From the human T2T-CHM13v2.0 reference genome, Homo sapiens: 64,000 bases of DNA. Numbering within the stretch: position 1 is the stretch's first letter; each line of letters begins with the position of its first letter. The translations under genes were made by a program, and so were the position numbers. Below, in pieces: positions 1-37,788 of the stretch. The stretch lies in NCBI RefSeq assembly GCF_009914755.1, contig NC_060927.1. One strand, given 5' to 3'. The notes beneath the pieces were generated by a model, which saw nothing but the letters and a program-made list of their open reading frames with translations, did no database searches and was not told where the DNA came from.

Positions 1-1099
1 AAACAGTGAATGGCTGTTTGTATCCCATTTACCTAGAGGACATTAAAATATCTGAGAATGTAAGTAAGAGGCTCACAGGCTTATTTTGATTGGCTGGCCA
101 TTTAAAAGCCAGAGATTTACATAAAAACCTAGATTTCAGCTTCTTGACAAATGAGAAATTCTCCACGGAGCCCACAATGCCAAACAGTGAAGGGCCCTCT
201 GGATAGGGCATGTGCTCTCCAGCTCGCTGCGGGCCGCACCGAGACCCCCACCCCTTCCCATTATCTGCCTGGCAGTTGCCCGGGGACAAAGGTGTGCACA
301 GTTGTGCAGTAGGTTATGAAGGAGTATCTGGGTGCCCATACACCCTAAGACCAAGACCAAGTCTTCCAGGAAGCCATCAAGCCAGCTGATTCCAGGCAAG
401 CAGGTCCAAGTTATCAGATTCACCTGCGCAGAGCAAATGGCTAGGAAGCGGCTTCCGGATCTCTTGAAGGGCCATGCAGTGAAGGTCCGTCACCAAGGGG
501 ACCATGCCCCACAAGAAGTTGCTCCCCGCCCCCACGCCTCATTTTGATCCAACATACACCCAAGTCCCAAAGTTTCTGCGGGCTAAGGCTGCCTCCTCCA
601 TCACTGCTGAACTCCCAGCACACAGCACACAGCCTAGCACTCAGAGTGTACTCAATAAATGTAGACTTCATACCTGCAGAGCCTAAGGCACTGCTTAGGG
701 CTGCCTCAGGGTCAATCCAAACCTTTCACTTGCCAACTGCCATTCAATGAGTCCCTACTCTGCTCCAAGCTGAAAGACATCCTAGGCGTTCCCTACAGTT
801 CCTTCTAGTCGGGGTAGGGTCTGCCGCTGCACAGCTGACATAATTAATCACTTCCTTCCAAACCTTGAGTCCCGAAGGAAGCGGCCACACTGCCCGGCTC
901 ACCGCTCACCGGCTGGCATGGTGTCTCGTGGAGCTGCAAGTTACTTAACCTCTCTGTGCGCTTCCCCAGCCTTAGAGTGGGGATAAGCTGGGGTTTCTCT
1001 AGGCATCAGAAAAAAGAAAGCGCGAGAAGCATTCAGAACTGTGCGAGATATGATCAGTGTTCGCCGCTGTTATTTCTCTCATTTTATCCTCAGATTCGT

Positions 1100-1880
<781 letters not shown>

Positions 1881-2206
1881 CTGTAAATTAGTCATTTCCC
1901 CATCCACCCACGGGAAAATATTTTTACATAGGCTAAAAGTCAGACATTGCAATAAGAAATAATCAGGAAAGCTCAGTTTGGATACCAAGTCAGCTGATAA
2001 CGTCCTATTGAACGTATTGTCCATTTTTCTCCCCAAACATCTCCAGTTTTATCATGAAGAGTTCAAACTGCACTTTCTGACGTTGACTTAAACTTCTTAG
2101 CAAAAGAAAAAAAGATGGTTTGGGATCAATTCCTTCCTAAATTCAGCCACTTAACTCAGGACCTCAATTTTTTCGTAAACAAACTATGGGTGAGATGTAT
2201 TTCTAG

Positions 2207-2493
2207 GGCCAGGCGCGGTGGCTCCCGCCTGTAAACCCAGCCTTTGGGGAAGCCGAGGCGGAAGGATCGCTTGAGGTCAGGAATTCGAGACCAGCCTGCC
2301 CAACATGGCGAAACCCCGTCTCTACTGAAAATACAAAAATTAGCCTGGTGTGGTGGCAGCACCTGTGGTCCCAGCTACTCAGAAGACTGAGGTGGGAGGA
2401 TCGCTCGAACCCGGGAAGTTGCAGTGAGCCGAGATCGCGCCACTGCACTCCAGCCTGGGCGACAGAGCAAGACTCCCTCTCAAAAAAAAAAAA
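2207..2493 (+). mobile_element. Alu SINE
   Basis: Full-length Alu with A-tail and a degenerate TSD (agatgtatttct / agatacatttct). Confidence 0.95.
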
Positions 2494-2576
2494 GATACAT
2501 TTCTGAAGTACTCTTGATCTGAAAGGTATTTCTCCTTCTCTTTTGAAGAGTGATTTTGCCAGATTTAGAATTCTAG

Positions 2577-2929
<353 letters not shown>

Positions 2930-3397
2930 TAATTAAATGCAATTACATTTATAGGTATGATGGCTTTTTCCTTTAGCTTCTTTCAAATTTTCTCTTGGTG
3001 TTTGGTTTACGGGGTTAGAATAAGGTAATGCAGATCTGTAGATGTTTTGTATTTGTCCTGCTTGGAGTCCTCTGAGCCTCCTGGATCTGTGATTTCATGT
3101 CTGTCATTAATTTTGTAAAGTTCTTAGCCATTTATTAGTTCAGGTATTTATTCTTCACTCTTTTCTCTTTCTAGTATTCAAGTTAAATGCATTTTATGTC
3201 TTCTGGAATTGCCTCATAGTTCTCGAATGTTCTGGCGGGGTGATGGAGGTTCTCTTTGCATTTTAGTGGGGAAGTTTCTGTTGACCTATCTTCAAATTCA
3301 TTTAATCTTTGGTTATGGACAGTCTACTGATAAGCCCATTAAGGCATTTTTCATTTAAGGTTTTAACTTCTAGCACTTCCTTTTGATTCTTAGGGTG

Positions 3398-3990
<593 letters not shown>

Positions 3991-4574
3991 TGATTCTTAG
4001 TTTTCTTATGTCTGTTTACATTACCCATCTGTTCTTGTATGTTGTTTACTTTTACCATTAGACCCCTTAACAGACCACATTTTAAATTTCTTGTCTGATA
4101 ATTCCAATATCTGAGTGTGATTCTGATGTTTGCTTTGTTTCATCTGATTGTTGGGTTTATTTTTTTCCTTGCCTTTTAGCATGCTTATAATTTTTTTGTT
4201 GAAGGTAGAATATCCACTCTATTGGGCCATAGGAACTGGGGTAAATAAGCCTCTAGAATGAGAACTTATGTTAATCTGGCTCAGAGTTGAGAGCTGTGTT
4301 TAATGTTTGCCATAGCTGTAGGTGTCAGAGGCTTCCAGTTCCTCTAGTGTCTTTGTGTTTATCTCCTCTTGCCTTTGGGCTTCCCTCGATATTCCTCCTG
4401 AGAGAGTCCGTGTCTTGCAGCTCTTCCAGGTATAATTCACTGTTACTATCCTGGAGTCCTGTTGATGTGGTGGAAAAACATGGGGGAGGTGAAGCATTCT
4501 ATAATCTTACGATTAAATCTCAGCATTTTAGTGGGCTTGTGTCCTTGGGCTGTGACCTACACAAGTGTTCTTTC

Positions 4575-4892
4575 CTTTTTTTTTCTTTTTCTTTTTTTTT
4601 TTTTTTTTTGAGGCAGTGTCTTGCTCTATCACCCAGGCTAGAGCGCAGTACAGTGGCGCAATCACAGCTCACTGCAGCCTCTACTTCCCAGGCTCAAGCA
4701 ATTCTCCCACCTCAGCCCCGAGTAGCTTGGACTATGGCATGTGCCACAATGCCTGGTTAATTTTTGTATTTTTTGTAAAGATGAGGTTTTGCTATATTGC
4801 CCAGACTGGTCTTGAACTCCCGGGCTCAAGCAATCTGCCCACCTTGGCCTCCCAAAGTGCTGGAATTACAGGCGTGAGCCACCGCACTGGCC
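4575..4892 (-). mobile_element. Alu (AluJ-like)
   Basis: Antisense Alu; cacaagtgtt flanks both sides. Confidence 0.92.
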
Positions 4893-6453
4893 CACAAGTG
4901 TTTCTTAGTTCCCCTTTGTACCCCCTTACATGACCCAGCCCTCCTCCAGATGGATAAGGCTCTGTGAAAAAGTGCTTTCCTCTGGGGAATAAGCTTTATT
5001 ATGGAGAAGGCTCTGATTACAAAGATGATTCTCCCTTTCCCCTGCCAGAGTCACCAGAGGGTCTTCCTCAGCTCTTCACCAATAGAACCAAGTAGGGTAA
5101 AACCCAGGAAAGCGTTGGGGGTGAGGGGGAGTTGCTCCCTCCCATGCTAGTCCACACTCAACCTCCAGCAGTTCATCAAAATTACCATTTAAGTTTTCCT
5201 ACTAGCTATGGCTCCCGTGGCTTCTGCTCCAGGCAATTAGATCTTGCTCACTCTCTGGACTCACCTCTCTCTAGATTTTGGGATGGCAGTTTGACCTGCA
5301 CACTCAGCTCTCTAATGGGACCAAGAAAGGCCAATGCTTTTGAGTTTGCCCAGCTTTTTCTTGTGGTAAGGATAGGATAACTTTCAAACTCTACGTGTCT
5401 GAGCTAAAACCAGAAGTGCTTTCTGAAGTATTTTTACAACTACGCTAGGCTTCCTGAAGAGTTAGGCAGAAGTTTTTCATCTTAAAAGTCCACAGGAGGC
5501 ACTTGCTAGGGATGAAACACCCCATTCCACATTAGAAACATGGGTGTCCACATACAACACAATCTAGGGCAGCTTGGGTTTTGCAGTCAGACAGACCTAG
5601 GCTGGAAACCCAGCAGTGCAACCCTAAGCAAGCTTAACTTCACCACTCACTCATTTCTGCATGTGTAAATGGGTTGTTGGGAAGACTGAGGTAAGCCATG
5701 CGTAATACTTAGCACTCAGTCTAGCCTACAGTGAGCACTAGATATTATACTCTCCTGGTTTAAGAATCTATATATTCTTAAGGCCCTAAGGAGGTCTCAG
5801 TTTCACAGACTCAGGCAGTCACTATCGGAAACCAGCTCAGCAGCACCCAACCTCATTCCCCATTGCCCTTTTCTGCCCTCTTTGAGCTTGACACAATGGT
5901 TGAGCACCCACCACCACCACACCACTACCTGACCCAGCTACTTATTACTGAGGGCAAATTAAGTCAGGCAGATCTGGATTTAAACCCTCATTCCACCACT
6001 GACTGGCTGTGTGGCCTAAGCCAGGCTAATCTCTCTTAACTTTTCTACGTCTGGGGTCAGATGAACAGCTGAGTAACTACCTCACAGGCATGCTGGTAGT
6101 GCTAATGGAGGGAAATGTGGTCATGCAGAGGTGGTGACTGGCACAGATGGCAGTCACAAGGTTCCTCAATCTCTGAGCCTCAGTTTCTTCCAGTGTGAAA
6201 CTGGGATGATAGGATCATTAAGGGATCTGCACTATACTTCTGTAAAACTGTTCATTTAACCAGCACTGCAGGAATAACTGGGAATAAGGGCAGAACTGGA
6301 ACCCGTATCTATCCCCTGTTCAGAACCCAGTGACCTTCATTTTTTCCAGAGGCCTTAACCAGACAAACAACACAGGTGCTGGAACTATTCTGATACTCAG
6401 ATGGTTGTCATCAAGAAAGGAGAAGGGATGTCATCTGATGATTCTCACTTGTA

Positions 6454-6505
6454 ACACATGTGCACACAGACACACACACCCCCAACCTCTATCTCAGATT
6501 TTATT
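6454..6505 (-). terminator. RBSN: Distal polyadenylation signal of RBSN with GU-rich downstream element
   Basis: tttatt at 6500-6505 reads AATAAA on minus; about 20 nt downstream the minus strand reads GGTGTGTGTGTCTGTGTGCACATGTGT. Confidence 0.75.
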
Positions 6506-7236
6506 TTTTTTAAAAAAGGCTCCAATACAAGGCCCCAGAGTAGTGCATGCAAATCAACGACCCTCAAAGTGACAGTCATTGTCAGATAACAAGCACAATC
6601 TGCTACAGTCTGTGACCTGGTAAAGAGACCACCTTTTCATTTTGAGTCCCATCACCAACTATGCCAATGTCCAACCTACCACACAGCTCACAATGACTCA
6701 GAGGTACATTTTAGTATCTGAACAGCAAAGACATATTGAGCTGCAAGTACAATGAGTAAGTATCCTTAGTGTATTAGACAGGGTAAATACAAACAAGGCA
6801 TAAAAGGGAAAAGCCAACTTCATCTGATGCCTGAATCCCTAAGTCTCTTCCATCTTTTCTCATGATCTGTGTCTAGGGAGATCTGCTATGCCATATCAAG
6901 ACCTTGCTCATCTGGTGATGAGACGGGGCTGTTTGCCTTGGAAGACTAAAGAAAGGGTGAATATTCACATGAGGTAAGAACTTGAAGTTGTGGTTATAAT
7001 ACATAGGCCAAGTTTGCCTGCTGTCAACCCATCTCTGTAACTCCAACTTTGTGCCTGCATGAATTCTGCGACATGGTACAGCTGATGGGTAGAGAATTCT
7101 AACTCCTGTGATGTATTTACAGGAGAAGATAATCGTGGAAGAATTAAATGGAAGAATTCATAGAAGAATACAGCCATGGATAAACTTAATCAAAAGAATA
7201 TGATTTTAGTTTGGTTTAGTATATTCAATCAGTCAG

Positions 7237-7537
<301 letters not shown>

Positions 7538-8524
7538 AGGCCTTTAAAAATAGTTTTTAAAAATGTTTCTTGTGTGTTTTTCAATGCTTTTAGTTACTTA
7601 CAGATTGCTACCTGAGGTGATTTGAGGGAAGGGTATGTTTAGTGAATTAGTCTTAATCAAAATCACTAGCTAATTAAAAGAGAAATGTTCTCACAAGAAA
7701 AATAATTATGATGGAAAGCAGCAATTAGCTTCTGGAACTACCTGCTTTTCAGTTCATCCTCTTTTCAGAGAAATGAGACCCTAAGCAGGGAGGAGCCTAC
7801 TGGCCATCTGAGAAACCCTCTAGAGTAACAGAGAAATGTCATGGGCCTCAGGGAAGAAAAGAGGCCTGTACCAGGCAACATCTTAGATGCCTGGTTGCCA
7901 ACTTCTCAAAACAACCCATAACAACCAGCAGGGTTGGTAACTGGCTGACATTCATTAACACACTCATATGGCTGTTTGTGAACAGATCCCAAATGCAAAG
8001 CGTCCTTCACACACTTCTACCCACTCCCCATCTCCACACCCCTATACAAGATCTTTTCATTCAACCAAAAGGATAAGAAATGTGCTACAGAAATGTGAAC
8101 ATCAACACAAATACAGATTATTTTTTCATCAAGAGAGTTAAAACATTCCCATTATCAAGAGGGGTCTTCACCAGAATGTAACAAAATGAATTTCAGCTTT
8201 CACACCAGTAACCAGTGAAAGTATGGCCTAGAGCTAGTTACACGGCATAAAGTGACTAGTGGTCAGTTATTGTTCATTAGTTCAGATGAGTAACTGCAGA
8301 AACTCTACCCAGAGCTGAGCACATATGGCTATCATGATGTCAGATGTCAGTTAAGAGTTATGTTCCTGTAAACCAAAGCACCAGAGCTAAATTAACAATT
8401 TCCCTTTCTGGCCTTAATTGACCAACAGTTTAAGTACTGTGGTGCTACCAGCACGATCCTGGGTTGTGCTTCTTCAAACATTTCAGTTTCTCAATACTAA
8501 CATTGGTAATAAAATATCTCATCA

Positions 8525-8822
<298 letters not shown>

Positions 8823-9135
8823 TCATCAGTGCCCCAAGTCAGGACACAATGAACCAAAAAGGAAGAAGGCTGATCAAATAGCCTTGGAAATTATTTTAAT
8901 TTAGCTTCTGACTCTGGGAAGCTTCCCTTCTTCTGGTGATGTTCTGCAAAAGCTTCCAAATCACCGATTCCTAAATTAGAGACCCGGCCTTTTAAACAGA
9001 CCCAGATCAGAGTAACTTTGCCAAAGCTCTGGAGGGAGATTTCTCCAGTGACAGACAATTGTTCTATCAGAAGAAGGGTGGGGAAACTCTTCTCACAAAT
9101 AATACTAATATCAACCAAAAAGTTAACCACTCTTA

Positions 9136-9426
<291 letters not shown>

Positions 9427-10195
9427 ACCACTCTTATTTTCTAAAAAGCTCAGGACCAGATTCACATTGATACCCTGCACTGGGAGCTTAACTTCCTGAA
9501 AGAGACAAAAAAGAACTTAAACTGAGAAAATAGACCCTGGTGAAATATTCCCATCACCCCACCTTAAAAAGAGGTGCTGGGCTCTCCTGGGTCTAAACTC
9601 TCCCCTTCATAGCAGCACCTCCCCCTTCTATTGTACAGACAGGAAGTGCAGAGCAGGGGAGAGGCGGCCCCAGGTGAAATGGAACTCACAGCCTACTAGG
9701 GATGGACTTCTGTCAGAGCAGAATAGAGCTCAGTGGAATCTATCTTCTCTGTCTTGGCTAAAGGAAGGGCTCTAAAAAGGCTGCCCTATAATACTGCATA
9801 AGGAACCAAGACTAGGCAGTAGCAAATGGACCCAAGAGGTACACAGCAGCCATTTCTGCCCTGGGCCCAACAGAGCTGCATTTAGTTATATCTCGGTAGT
9901 AAAAATGTAAAGTCCCTTCAAAAGGGGTAAACCTCCGATTACAAAAGATAGTAATAATAAACAGGAAAAGCAGCAACTGAATGCTGATTCTCCCTGTTCT
10001 AGTTTCTATTTTATTATTCAACTGTAGTGGAAATACCTCAAAGTGCGCAACACAAAACAGCAGATTCCTGCCCCTCACCTGTGTGCATCTGAGTTCTCAC
10101 CCTGCCACCTTCCCCATCCATCCTGCCTGCCCTCTGTCCTGCTCCACTGGCTCCTGCCAGACCCCTGGGCCCAAAGGTGCCCTCTCCACTGCTGG

Positions 10196-32537
<22,342 letters not shown>

Positions 32538-32705
32538 GGCAGTGCCGCTCTCAACCCTAGGAAGGCAGGAATCTCATGCCAAGAGTCAGCTTGATTCCTC
32601 CCAAGGAACCATGGTTCCCGCAGCATTAGCTTAAGCAGCACACAGATGGTGAGGAAGTGGCTTCATGGCCCTGGATGAGGTTTCCTCTCTGGAGTAGGAG
32701 GAGCC
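32538..32705 (-). other. RBSN: RBSN 5'UTR part of the start-codon exon
   Basis: Strong acceptor ttttcccttcttcttttctttcttag|G at 32705; a second candidate acceptor lies at 32556. Confidence 0.7.
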
Positions 32706-33299
32706 CTAAGAAAGAAAAGAAGAAGGGAAAAAAGCCAATTCAGGCAAACTGGTAGCAATTGAGGATTTTCTTCATTCTTTTCACAGTTCAATGGGGTACT
32801 TAATGTTTATTCAGTGCAAGTTTGAGAAAACAAACTCTTTCTCAAATCCTTAGACCAAGCAAGCTGCAAAACCTAAAATGTGAAAACATCACTGGAGAAC
32901 AAAAACTCAATGAAGTGGGAAGCACAGATTCTTGAAATAAGCAAACAATACCTTGGCAATTCTCTTACATTCATTCCAAATGATCCAACTTCATAATTCA
33001 TATGCCACTTCAGCCACTGGGGGAATGTCTGAAGTACTTATCAACAAGCAGAAGTTTTTACTTGATGCTCTTTACCTTGATTGTTTATTCAACCACATAT
33101 AGTAAGTTCTTGATACTTGTAAGACACCTGTGTTAGAAATGCAAAGATGAAAAAGATATAGTATCTGCCATAAAAACATACAAAAAATCAAAAATCCTAA
33201 CATCAGTTAAAGAGAAACAATAGAAACCTACTAGTCAAAAAGAAAAAATCTATTTTATATTTGTAGAGCACTTATCTCTAATGGGCGTACTATATTTTC

Positions 33300-33979
<680 letters not shown>

Positions 33980-34867
33980 CTAAACACTTCAGGGCTTAAT
34001 AAGTTACATTCTCTTTCTTACTGGCTCATGGCAAAGTCACTTCCAATGTCACCTCATCAAGACACCCAGTCACAAGAGAAATTGAGACAAAACCATTCCA
34101 CAAAAGCAGAGAAATTTCTCCCCAAGAACCTGGGGATACAAGCCACAGTATATAGTGAGGGGAGATGTGTGACCCTCAGCTTTGGATGGACTGTAGAAGA
34201 CCACCGAGGAGGGACTGCCTGGTCCTCAAAGCTGAAGGGTGGCAGCAACTCAGAAAATAAACAAATGAGACACCAGGTCCCTATTTTTTCCCTCTAGTTA
34301 AGAAACCCAGTGACTTCATAACTTTTCCACTGGAATATAGCAGCCCTAGGTCTGGCCTGTTCCCTCCCCAGCCAGTGGTTCATCTGATGCTGACTCTGAC
34401 AGCTCCCTTTCTTCCCATGCACTCACCCCTAACGACCACAAATAACACAAAGCCCACCACATCCATGCCACACAACCACCCTTCACGCCTCAGCCCAAAC
34501 CCAAACCTCACTTCCTCAAAAGAAATGCCTCTTACTCAGAGCATCAGAATGGACTTCTCCTTCACAGCACTCATCTCAATTTATAACCGCAGGTACATAC
34601 GTGAAGTGACCAAGTAAGACTGTAAAATCTGGGAGGGCACAGACTCTATATGTTTTCCACTTCGCCGTCTCCCCAGGGTTTAGCACAGTACCTGGCACAC
34701 ACAATGAAGCAGCACAATAAAGCTCCATGAATGAACGAAGAAATGAATGAACTCCAAAATCATATAACTAAGCATACACCATAAAGAAATCTAACACAAA
34801 CCACCGAATTGGACCCCACAACCATAACTGAACACATAAGCAAGCCCCTCGCACTCTAAATCACGTA

Positions 34868-34899
<32 letters not shown>

Positions 34900-35380
34900 G
34901 CTACATGTTCTGCAGCCGTACATCCAGCATGAATGTCACCCCGCCACATGCCGCATCGACGACACATCCCACAGCCGCACTCAACCCGGCCTCACGATCG
35001 CAACCACAACCCACATAACTAACATGATTATACACACATCGCATGACCACACACAACACGAACGACTCAATCCCGTGAAGCAGACATGACAACGTCACAC
35101 ATCGCACAGACACCACACAAAACACTCCGAACATCTCCACACGAACTCAGAATACAAACGCTTCAGCTTTACACAACCAGAGAATCAAACACAACCGCTC
35201 GGGAGACAAGCACCCACCCACTCCACCCACAGCTGCACAACCAAACCCAAGTGTATACGCCCCGCGTAACCGCACAACCACACAGAGCCCAATCATCAAA
35301 GGCACACACAAGCGAAACGCACGGCCTGAAAGCCCCATCTCCCACCTCTCACGTCACACCCACCACAACCACACACGGCC
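34900..35380. repeat. Low-complexity CA-rich tract in RBSN intron 1 (UG-rich on the transcript)
   Basis: Dense acac/cacaac/ccac motifs with few G or T on the plus strand. Confidence 0.8.
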
Positions 35381-35850
35381 CGCCCGTCTCCGTTCTGGAG
35401 GAGTCGTGTCCCCGCCCCCCAGACTGGGCCTGACCCTCTGTATGTACCCTGCCGGGCTCCTGCGGGCACCCAGGTTTGTCCCCCCCTTCAGGCCCGGGCT
35501 CTGGGCCTCCACCGTCCGTCACTCAGCCGCAGCCGCCATCTCCATCGGTCGCTCGGAACTCGGCAGGTGCGCCTGCGGCGGCGACGAAACCGGAAGACAA
35601 GCTGGTAGACGCCTGTCGAGCGCCGAGTCTTCGAGGGCGCGAAAAGGGCGGATACGGATTCGAATAGTGGAGGGCGGGCCGGCGGCTTCTGCGCAGGCGC
35701 TTTCCGAACGAGGGAGGGGATGGTGGGGAGCGGAGAGAAAGTGGGGCTCGGTAATTTTGTGCGGTTCTTACGTCCCGAATTCGAACTAATAGCGCGTCAA
35801 AGCCAGCCAATGGCTCTGCACCGCCTTGTACAGGTGGGAAAGCTGAGACC
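35375..35850 (-). promoter_or_regulatory. RBSN: RBSN CpG-island promoter and non-coding exon 1 (TSS near 35570, inferred)
   Basis: CpG-rich. YY1-like GAGATGGCGGC (minus, about 35532-35542), ETS CCGGAAG 35590-35596, NRF1-like TGCGCAGGCGC 35690-35700, GC boxes, and a CCAAT box at about 35807. The exon 1 donor is not resolved. Confidence 0.85.
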
Positions 35851-36862
35851 AGTAGATCTTTGGCTCTTGACCAAAGTGCACAAAGAATAAGGCAGCCAAG
35901 GAATCAAAGTTCCTGAGAGCTAGAGACAGAAAAAATATTCAGGGGACGTGGAGGCGATGGAAAGTCCAAGAATAGAACCACATGAGAGTGGAGACTTGGT
36001 ATGAGAAGGTGTATCCCGGGGTGTACAGCATGGCCAAGCCTGTGGAAAAGATGGCATTTTCAAAAGGCAGGACGATTGATCAGCCAGGACCTACCCCGTG
36101 CCTACGCTGTGCTGGGTACCACGGGGTATAGAGAGGCAAAACCTCATCCCAGTCCCGGAGACCTATTTGCTTTGTGCCCTGCACACGTTCTGGACCTTAG
36201 CAATAGCCAGCCTCTAGGAGCAAGAGCTGCAGAGAACGATGGGACGATGGGACGATCCTGGGCCTCCGTTTACATCCCTGCAGTGTTACTGGCCCCCTTT
36301 TACAGAAGTAAAATGGGGATGATAATGATAGTCTCCGCTTCACAGTGTTGTGAAGATTGAGGTAATTGCACGGTAGGTAGGTAGGTAGGAGGGTGTCCTG
36401 CATATTGGCTTTGCCCATCTCACTTTCCCTGCCTCCAAAAAGTCTTCCCCACCTGGTCTCTGGACAGGAGCACTGAGCCTCCATCACCTTCCATTTAAGG
36501 ACATGGGGCTCCGGACTTGGAGAGCATTGAGTTTTTGGAAAGCAATCACCAGTGAAAGGGCAGTGAACTAGGGGTCTAGAGATCTGGGTTCTAGCCCTGG
36601 CTGTACGTTACTTTGTGGCTTTGAGCAGGTCCTTTCCCCTTTCTTCGCCTGAGTTCTCTCATCTGTACAAAAGAAATTGGCTCCAGTGACTTAGCCTTTT
36701 CTCTCAATCTGATGGCCAATTTTTTTTTAACGTTACAACATCTGCAGGAGCGAATAATGACTTCCCTTTGTTTACTGATGGAGACAAGGAAGAGGCTTCC
36801 TAACCTGTCAGAAGCAAAGCAACATGCCAAGCTCCCCGTCTCCATCACTAGCTTCTGCCTTA

Positions 36863-37788
<926 letters not shown>

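Noticed and set aside
34500-34690. Possible additional non-coding RBSN 5' exon (donor-like CAC|GTATGT at 34600)
   Set aside because: Several competing acceptors in repeat-like sequence; boundaries cannot be fixed without transcripts.
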